Of a stretch of DNA of 64,000 nucleotides, positions 56,697-64,000 are shown one piece after another. A program made the translations under genes and the position numbers. Origin of the DNA: Trypanosoma brucei (lineage: Eukaryota); assembly GCA_000002445.1 (NCBI GenBank), contig CP000069.1:1184001-1248000 (forward strand), given 5' to 3'. Under the pieces are notes generated by a model that searched no databases, had not been told where the DNA came from, and saw only the letters and a program-made list of their open reading frames with translations. Positions within the stretch are counted from its first letter, which is position 1, and every line of letters starts with the position of its first letter.

Positions 56697-57809
56697 TCAT
56701 TCCTTCGCTCCAGAAGCTGCGGAAGTCCCTACAGTGCCAACCGCACGTTTTACATAGTTTACCTTCAGAACCCAGTGACCCGGTGTATACTCGTTCACTG
56801 TACGGTGATGCGCTTCATAGTTCGGATAATACTCGGGTTCCACACCAATCGTTCCCCCACTATGGTAAGACTTCCCCACAGCACTATCAGGGTCAATAAA
56901 TACAATCACAGAAAACCGTTCAGGGTCGAACACTCTCAATACTCCACAGATACACTTCGAGTAATTAAGAGCACACGTATTCGTCTCATATGATGCAAAC
57001 GAACAGTGCTCCTCAGGTGTTATGTGTATCGTTTGATACTCGCTACCACGTATCGCATTTATGCTGTAGCCACATGGCTCATACTGAAGGTCGTGAAGGA
57101 TCCATGAATCATCTACAACTTCACTGAGCCCCGTTGCCTCCCGTATCACTGCGGTTTCAGGACCCGTAGGCAACATCTTATCCGAGTACCAGTGTTTCGT
57201 TTGATTGCGATCAAGCCCATACATGGTCATGCTGAGTTGTGCATCGTCACTGCAGCTGGGTTGAACAACATCACTGTGGAAATACAAGAAGTAGTGGTCG
57301 CTGTCAATCGGACCAAATATGAATGGTTGTCCCGACGGAAAATGGGACCTAAGTGTCTTAAATTCTTCCGCCATCGAAAGATGCGGTCCCTTCTGCTCCC
57401 ACGGGAAACTGTAGTTTTTGTGCATGAAGGAAACCCATTCTACTTCGCCGCAAACAGTACTCACCGCCTCGCATATGAGCGGCACGCAATTCAAAAGAGT
57501 GATGGTACCACAAGTTATGAGAATCACGCGATCTTTCATTACAAACAATGAGCTCTCCGATAACACGTAGGAGCGAATGTATTCATTAAACTCACGGGAA
57601 ACAATGTGTGCACATATAGCATCAATAACTTTTTGCCACACATCGTCATCGTGTGCAAGTAAACCACTAACGTGCGTCCCGTCCACCACCCGCATTATCA
57701 CCTCCAAGCGCTTCTCAGGCCCTTCGAAGCTTCGCTCGTGCTTTGGGTCAAAACGAGCGATGGAACCCCACATCGCCATGAGCGAAAGAGAGTCCTTGCA
57801 AGAGGACAT
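56697..57809 (-). CDS. AdoMetDC: S-adenosylmethionine decarboxylase proenzyme
   Basis: FEGPEKRLEV, autoprocessing site YVLSESSLFV (pyruvoyl-forming Ser), ILITCGT, HITPEEHCSFASYETN; 370 aa; ATG verified 57807-57809. Confidence 0.9.
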   Translation of the reverse strand: MSSCKDSLSLMAMWGSIARFDPKHERSFEGPEKRLEVIMRVVDGTHVSGLLAHDDDVWQKVIDAICAHIVSREFNEYIRSYVLSESSLFVMKDRVILITCGTITLLNCVPLICEAVSTVCGEVEWVSFMHKNYSFPWEQKGPHLSMAEEFKTLRSHFPSGQPFIFGPIDSDHYFLYFHSDVVQPSCSDDAQLSMTMYGLDRNQTKHWYSDKMLPTGPETAVIREATGLSEVVDDSWILHDLQYEPCGYSINAIRGSEYQTIHITPEEHCSFASYETNTCALNYSKCICGVLRVFDPERFSVIVFIDPDSAVGKSYHSGGTIGVEPEYYPNYEAHHRTVNEYTPGHWVLKVNYVKRAVGTVGTSAASGAKE

Positions 57810-59220
57810 GACTAGTACTTCAGTCAGTGTGCGGTCAAATATAGCACCTTACGGATTAAATAACCAAACCAGACACGCACACACGCAGGCCCACAAAGGA
57901 ATGGTGCGCTTCCTAAGAGTGCAAGCTCAACAAACAATGTACTTTTTGTGCTCGAGGATACGCGTACAAACTCCACAGAAAAAGGTCAAAAATCCGAAAC
58001 GAGGGAAATAAAATATGAATAAGATAGAATAGGGAGAAGAGAAAAGAAAGAGAAGGGAAAGGGCAGGTATTAGTGGTGCCTACATCACAAGTGCGAGTCG
58101 ACAAAAAGGCATTTATGGAAACTTGACACACGGAGGTTGTGAAGCTCAACCAAAAATGAAGCCAAGAGAATTAATCTCTTTTGCGTCTTCCTTTAACCCT
58201 TTTGAGTTAGACTTCGCCACACAGGAGAAACCCCAGGTGATACTAATTTGGGGAGGAACGTATACATATACACATATATATTGATATGTGTAGGTATGTA
58301 TACAAATATGTCTTCCTCTCCCGTCACCTCAGCTGATTATTATCCTTCACTCTCCCTTCTTTTCTCCTCTTCTATCCCTTTCAAATAGAATCAGAATGTT
58401 GGCGTTGAAACAACATGCAGAAATGTGGAAAGATGGAAGAAACAAATGACCCATAGTCATGGGCTCCCGCCATACGCAAATACCTGGAAAGTGGGTAAGA
58501 TAAACTGAGAACATATGAAAAACAAACCGACAAAGGCAAAGGCAAAGGCGTGAGCAACTTGTTCGCTTGGAGAAATAAAATATGGCAACAACAGCAACAT
58601 CACAAAACTGAGAGGAGCAGAAACATGCTGGTAGTTCCTCACATTATCATGCGCTCTCAACGAAAGAAAAAAGGATAAATAAACGAACATGTGACCTCCC
58701 ACCTTATTGACCACAAAAGTGTAAACTTCAAAATCATGTATGGAGGTCACATTTACTCTCAATCAGTTACCGTAAATCACACGCAAGTAAAAGTAACCTC
58801 AAATCCTCATTCTCATATGTCTCAATCACCCCTCACATCACCATCAGTCTCTGGTTTCCAGACTCGTATGTTACGCATATCTATCCTTAAAACACACAGA
58901 CTCAGGTACATGTATTTGGCAGCGTCACCCCTCCGATATTGTATCACCTTCTCCCTTCCGATCGGCATCATTTCTCTTCTTCTAAAACGTTACTTGATTC
59001 TTTTCCTTCCAGTGCTATACCTCATAACACATGTTAATGCAGCATTTCTCCAAGCGCGTACGAGGAGATACAGTGGCTTACTTACTCTTGTAGTCAAGAA
59101 ATGTCCCACACTTAGTCACTATTATATGCTCAAGGTTGTTTGTAAACAAACGAAAATCGAGGAATGTGTGAATCGCACACGTTTTGCGCTCACATAAAGC
59201 AACAAAACACACCGCGTTCT

Positions 59221-60279
59221 TCAGTCCGCCTGCCCAGAAGCCACGCGTGTTGTACCCCCTGTCTCGTCAGTATCAACACTATCACACTCTCCAAAAACTG
59301 TGTTACTGCTCATGCTTATATGAGCATTAGTCCGTCGCTCCCTTCTGCTGACCGTGCGACGAGTGGGAAGTACATCAAATGCCGTACTCCAGTCACCACA
59401 CTCAGTATACCGGCACAACACATCCACAACGTGATTTACAGTCAGCACCTTGCAGATGTTACCCACCTTAATGGACTCGTCAATTGGTAACCGTGCCATA
59501 CGCACACCGTACCGTATTGCGGCATCCCTTGTCAGAAACTTCCTTGCGTTATGGTCGACAAAGGCTCCAACAATGTACACCGTCCCCTGTTCAATCCGCT
59601 CAAGCACAACTTCCGCATCCGCCGTCAGAAAAACTACGCGCTGAAGGTCATAGAGACTCGACCAGTGGTTCTCATGCACGGGTAAAGGGTAACGTGAAAA
59701 CCCGTTAAAGGTGCAAAGGGACTGCAAGACATCGCTATGTGCGCACGCCATCTCCCCATCGGCACTGCCACCAATAGAAGTGATGACGGGGCGCAAGGGG
59801 AAGGCATGACGACGCAAGGCACTGTAACTGAGCTTCACCTGCGACACAGTGCTGCGACAGTCACTAGCATTCATGCACCACGCGAAACTTAAGTCAAAAA
59901 CTAGAACCGGTAGCTTGGCGTCAGCAAGGTGCTCCTGGCACAGCTGCTGCAAACGCATCTCCGCGCCACGCCTTTTTTCGTGTACCGCAATCGCCTCTGC
60001 CCGACGTCGCTCACGCTCACTCTGGCTCAGCGCCTCCCATTCCTTTTGTTGCATCTCCCGCCGTTCCGCTGCCGCTGCTTTTTTCCGTTGCCGCTGCTTT
60101 TCCTTCTTCTCCCGCCAATACGCCGCCTGCTCCTCAGCGGTCCACACTCGTCCCCGCTTGCGCCTTTCGTGCTGCTCTATATGTGTATCGAGTTCGCATG
60201 GCACAGTAATGGAGGGCTCTTCTTCCCTGACGTTTGTTGATGTTATCCGGCCCGCTGCCGTTGTCCGTTCATCATCCAT
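59221..60279 (-). CDS. TRM10: TRM10-type SPOUT tRNA (guanine/adenine-N1) methyltransferase with basic/coiled N-terminal extension
   Basis: C-terminal domain VVFLTADAEVVLERIEQGTVYIVGAFVDHNARKFLTRDAAIRYGVRMARLPIDESIKVGNICKVLTVNHVVDVL matches the Trm10 fold; N-terminal ~100 aa K/R/E-rich; ATG verified 60277-60279. Confidence 0.7.
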   Translation of the reverse strand: MDDERTTAAGRITSTNVREEEPSITVPCELDTHIEQHERRKRGRVWTAEEQAAYWREKKEKQRQRKKAAAAERREMQQKEWEALSQSERERRRAEAIAVHEKRRGAEMRLQQLCQEHLADAKLPVLVFDLSFAWCMNASDCRSTVSQVKLSYSALRRHAFPLRPVITSIGGSADGEMACAHSDVLQSLCTFNGFSRYPLPVHENHWSSLYDLQRVVFLTADAEVVLERIEQGTVYIVGAFVDHNARKFLTRDAAIRYGVRMARLPIDESIKVGNICKVLTVNHVVDVLCRYTECGDWSTAFDVLPTRRTVSRRERRTNAHISMSSNTVFGECDSVDTDETGGTTRVASGQAD

Positions 60280-60621
60280 GATATGGAAATGCTAGAACTT
60301 TGTGCGAACAAAGTTTATCGTTTGCGAACCATGCACAAACGTATACGTTGAGACAAAATGTGTCCCCTTACATAAACACTGCCATGAGCAAAGAGGTGAA
60401 TGTATACGGGAAAAAAGAGCGTTTAGACACAAAATTGTAAAGAAAAAATACATGAGTGACGAACGAACTGTGTATGTTAGTCAACATATTTGTACGCAAT
60501 TCCTGACTGCAACAAAAGTAAAACATAAGAAACGATGCTTCCTGCGGCCACATAAACAGCGGCAGAAAATACGAAACGTAGATGGGTGCAAAGCCCACAA
60601 ACCAAAGGACAAAAGAAATAA

Positions 60622-61629
60622 CTAAGTCGATACATAAACAAGATTATGCCGAACGGGTTTAGCACCCACGACGTGCACACCCTGATCCGAAGGCTGCGTG
60701 ATCACCACCCGACCTTCCACACCCACCGCACACGCAGCATCAATCATGGCCAATGCGACGCGCTCCGCGACCCGCTCTTCCTTAGGCTGAGTCAGAACCT
60801 CCCCATGCCGACCACCAACGAGAGCGCACACAGTTGGCCCCGCACCAGAAAGAAACGCATAAGCGGCACCGGCTTCCTTTGCGGCATTCACACAGGGACG
60901 AAAGTGTGGAAAGAGAGCATCACCACGTTGTCCCTCATGTATCTTATCACCACACGACCGCAAAGTTCGAAGGTCACCCGTGCTTAGTGCAAGAACAAGG
61001 ATAGAGGCGCAGGAAATATTATACACAGCGTCCTCCAGGGGCACAAAATCGGGAATGAGTCCGCGTGTAACGTGCGTGTTTTCCTTCATCTTTTCACGTG
61101 GAATGAAGAGCACGACAGAGAGGGCGAATGGAGTGGGGACACGAGTGGTAAGCACGCGGCCTCCGTGTTCCTTGTAGCAGAGCTGAATTCCACCGTACAG
61201 CGCTGGAGCCGCGTTGTCAGGATGCCCTTCGAACTTCGCAATGGCCTGAAGCAATTCCTCCTCGCTCCCCGTCGCCATTGTGTGGCCGCAGAGTTGCAAC
61301 CCCGCGACAAACCCAGCAACAGCGGCAGCCGAAGAGGAACCACAACCACAACCATATGGAATATCGCTCCTCATGATGAACCTGAGAGTGGGCATTTTCT
61401 TGTTGCCGTACTCAAAGGCAAGGCAGCAAGCCCTCACAACCATGTTTTGCTCGTCTCGTTGGATTTCTTCACAACCCTCCCCCTCGACACTCATGGAGAA
61501 CGCATCTGAATGTTCCACCGTAAGCTCAGCGAAAATTGATAGTGCCATGCCAATTGAATCGTAAGCAGGACCCATGTTGGCTGTCGTCGCAGGGACACGT
61601 ACAACAACCTTCCTTGGAAGGACACACAT
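60622..61629 (-). CDS. homoserine kinase (GHMP kinase family)
   Basis: RVPATTANMGPAYDSIGMAL (HSK N-terminal signature) and PYGCGCGSSSAAAVAG (GHMP ATP-binding loop); 335 aa. Confidence 0.85.
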   Translation of the reverse strand: MCVLPRKVVVRVPATTANMGPAYDSIGMALSIFAELTVEHSDAFSMSVEGEGCEEIQRDEQNMVVRACCLAFEYGNKKMPTLRFIMRSDIPYGCGCGSSSAAAVAGFVAGLQLCGHTMATGSEEELLQAIAKFEGHPDNAAPALYGGIQLCYKEHGGRVLTTRVPTPFALSVVLFIPREKMKENTHVTRGLIPDFVPLEDAVYNISCASILVLALSTGDLRTLRSCGDKIHEGQRGDALFPHFRPCVNAAKEAGAAYAFLSGAGPTVCALVGGRHGEVLTQPKEERVAERVALAMIDAACAVGVEGRVVITQPSDQGVHVVGAKPVRHNLVYVST

Positions 61630-63038
61630 CCGCTAAAATCACCCAGTTAGCGTGCTCAGTGCTAGTGTTATCACTGCTGCAACTGTACTAAGTGAGGTGC
61701 GGCCTACAAACTGAAACTTTCGATGCCCACCTCCAGACAGCCCCTCTCACTCCTTTTTTCTTCGGTTTGATTGCACCGGTCCCAACGGCAAGATGCTCCG
61801 CAGGAACTCCAAGCTTTTCCGCCCGACAGAAGAACAATGGTAAGTGCTAATTAGCTGTTACTCGTACCGCCTCCTTTTCTTTACTGATAAAAATAAACGA
61901 AGGAGAAATAGGACAAAGCGAAAACAGAAAAGAGAAACATTATGGCTCCTAAGACACGAAGCGCTCTACTTGGCACTGCACCTCAAGAGTCCTTCTTCCC
62001 AAAGAAAAACAAAATCAACATTGCGTTTTGCTTTCGACGAAAGAGGATAGTCGTCCGCCCACTGATCTCAATCCACCAGCGATGTTTTCTCTCGCACCCT
62101 CTTTGTTATTTTTCCTTTTTCTTTGCTTTGGTTAGTCTCCTTTGTTACTTAAATAACGGGCTGGAAAGGGCGTGATACCACGAGGGGACATGTGTTAAAA
62201 ATTGAGAGCTAAGTAGCCCATTCATGCATCGTTTCCTCAAGGTATTTCATCCCCACTCTCACAATGGTGCCTTTCTTTTTTCACCTGCACTCTACAGTTT
62301 CCCGTGGCAGATGATACATAACTTATGCACAAAGGAGCCTCCACTCACTCTTTTTTCTTTCGCCTTTCAACTTCACACAACGTGCCGATTGGAAGAAAGG
62401 GAGGAACACGAAGGGAAAACACGCCATATCAACCTTTACTCAGTGGGAGAACCACGCGTCTGCTTTCCGCGCTCTAGTGACTCAATCTAAAGCATACATG
62501 GCCCTTCCCTCCTTGCCGCCGATTAATTCCTCAACATTTTTATTGCTGCTCCCACTGGTTGTACACCTACGCGAGGCTATGTTCCCCCATTCCCCTCCCT
62601 TTCTGCGGCTTGATGACTTACACAGGAAACACGAGTGAAATTTAAAAAGGTGGAAAAAATAAGTTGGAGGAGACAATGGCCCACCCCTTGATATCACCTC
62701 TTCCCCCCTGGTTATAGTTTATACTCGAAAACAAAAATAATAATAATAAAAAACGAAATCGAAAATTGAGCAAAGGGGGAAGGTTTCCAGAAAAAGGAAT
62801 AAAAGAAAAAAACAAAAACGTTGCCGGTTACTCTTTCTTTCATTCTGATTTCTCTTCTTCATCCACTCCCGCCTTCCACTCCTCCATCTTTCGCCACTTC
62901 GTATGCACCCTTCCCCTCCATAACCATCTCTGACCCTGCCTTTCCCCTACCGAAGCTGTGAACACCAGGCAATCGACCGAAGCGTCAGACAAACGACACT
63001 CACCCAAAGGGTTCAAACATCCAAGTTCATTGAAGGGT

Positions 63039-63989
63039 TCAGCTGCGCTGCTTCTGACGGAAAACGTTAACGGTCGTTTGACTAGCACCGACAACAAACG
63101 GGGCCGCTTTGATGGAGTCCATCACGCTGTCTTCACCGGGCGAAAAGTCGAAGAACACGTACCCCTTGGCGGAGTTGTTACGGAGCGACACAATGCGTGC
63201 AGCAAGAGGGCCGAGTGCGGTGAGAATTTCCTCATCGGTGACTGCGTGATCGATACTGAACATCAGCCGTTCCCCAACGGGCTCCGAAGGAGCACGCGGA
63301 GCCTTTGCGGCACGCTTTGGGGAAACTTGCTTCCGCGAGTCGGACTGAGGGGCCTGCTTCGTGGGGGGTGAAGCGGGCTTGGGAGCCACCTTGTTTGCAG
63401 TACTCTCATTGGCAACCACCTTGATGGAGGGCCTCTGTTCCCCCTTTGTCGCGATGCTCGCGAGGCTGGCCCATGTCTTGGGTCCCGTTGGTGCGTCCAC
63501 AGCTGCCTCCGTCACCGCCGGAGCGGCGGTTGAAGGAGAAACACGGCCTTTTCCATCAGGTTTCTTATTTGGGGCACGCCGACTGTCCTCCTTCTTCTCC
63601 TCAACAGGGGTTCCAGTTGTCTCTGGCTCCGGCAGCGGTTCCTCCTCCTCTACCTTACCCTCAGGCTCATTCTTTCCCTCTGCGCAGCTCGGCTCCTTCT
63701 CCACAGCACCAGTCCGGGTGACGATCTGATTGCGAATGTAGAAGGACGATGGTCCATAGTCTCCGGCGGGGTACTCCTCCAGGTTAGTCACAAACTGGAA
63801 GAAGTGACGGACGGAAGCTGATTCCGCAACCAGCGTCAAGTGGATACATACACCGCTGTGAAACGGTAAGACGGAGACGTCCCCTACCGTCAGTTGGCAG
63901 TTTTGGATTATGTTTGCCCACTGCACGAGAGCAGGAGCAATGTCCGCACCGTATACCTTCTTTGTTCCACACTCAAAGTCTACGAGCAT
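63039..63989 (-). CDS. NTF2-like domain plus RRM-like domain protein (G3BP-like architecture); N-terminus may continue past window end
   Basis: C-terminal RRM-like GYVFFDFSPGEDSVMDSIKA, central Pro/Lys/Ala-rich linker, N-terminal region LVDFECGTKKVYGADIAPALVQWANIIQNC...FYIRNQIV NTF2-like; track start 63987-63989 is an ATG only 11 nt from the window edge. Confidence 0.45.
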   Translation of the reverse strand: MLVDFECGTKKVYGADIAPALVQWANIIQNCQLTVGDVSVLPFHSGVCIHLTLVAESASVRHFFQFVTNLEEYPAGDYGPSSFYIRNQIVTRTGAVEKEPSCAEGKNEPEGKVEEEEPLPEPETTGTPVEEKKEDSRRAPNKKPDGKGRVSPSTAAPAVTEAAVDAPTGPKTWASLASIATKGEQRPSIKVVANESTANKVAPKPASPPTKQAPQSDSRKQVSPKRAAKAPRAPSEPVGERLMFSIDHAVTDEEILTALGPLAARIVSLRNNSAKGYVFFDFSPGEDSVMDSIKAAPFVVGASQTTVNVFRQKQRS

Positions 63990-64000
63990 AAGTGCTGACT

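Overview
This window does not look prokaryotic. It looks like a kinetoplastid (Trypanosoma brucei-like) nuclear chromosome segment. Every protein-coding gene I can support lies on the minus strand, so the whole window appears to be one unidirectional polycistronic transcription unit with no strand switch. Genes are separated by A/C- or pyrimidine-rich intergenic tracts and microsatellites. I found no CRISPR arrays, IS elements, operon-style regulation, rRNA or tRNA.

Recognisable genes, by similarity I can see in the translations: an HSP60/Cpn60 chaperonin paralog, a TBC-domain Rab-GAP, a PPR-like protein, an aldehyde dehydrogenase with an N-terminal hydrophobic anchor, and a MAP kinase with a TDY activation loop. 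Two identical glycosomal GAPDH genes sit in a 2.6-kb tandem duplication, each ending in the peroxisomal targeting signal -AKL and each paired with a leucine-rich-repeat gene. Further along are an Sm-fold protein, KRR1, eIF3d, a MINDY-family deubiquitinase, a kinesin, a second PPR-like protein, the S-adenosylmethionine decarboxylase (AdoMetDC) proenzyme, a TRM10-type tRNA methyltransferase, homoserine kinase, and an NTF2+RRM protein at the window edge.

The kinetoplastid assignment and the minus-strand organisation rest on the gGAPDH-AKL, AdoMetDC and homoserine-kinase sequences and on polypyrimidine/AG trans-splicing signals upstream of the ATGs. From memory, the GAPDH/AdoMetDC/homoserine-kinase arrangement resembles the T. 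brucei chromosome 6 gGAPDH locus. I could not verify that here.

The supplied ORF track reports alternative start codons (GTG/TTG) as M and takes the longest ORF. Many track N-termini are therefore artefactual extensions, some running through microsatellites. For the starts I checked directly, the ATG was confirmed by reading the complementary 'cat' on the + strand, and coordinates were trimmed to it.

I do not see evidence of a novel multi-gene system. The more interesting items are:
- a pair of paralogous secreted cysteine-rich glycoproteins;
- a 4.6-kb ORF-poor tract containing one or two candidate small ORFs;
- the duplication boundary that cuts into the 5' end of the LRR gene;
- the Sm-fold protein.
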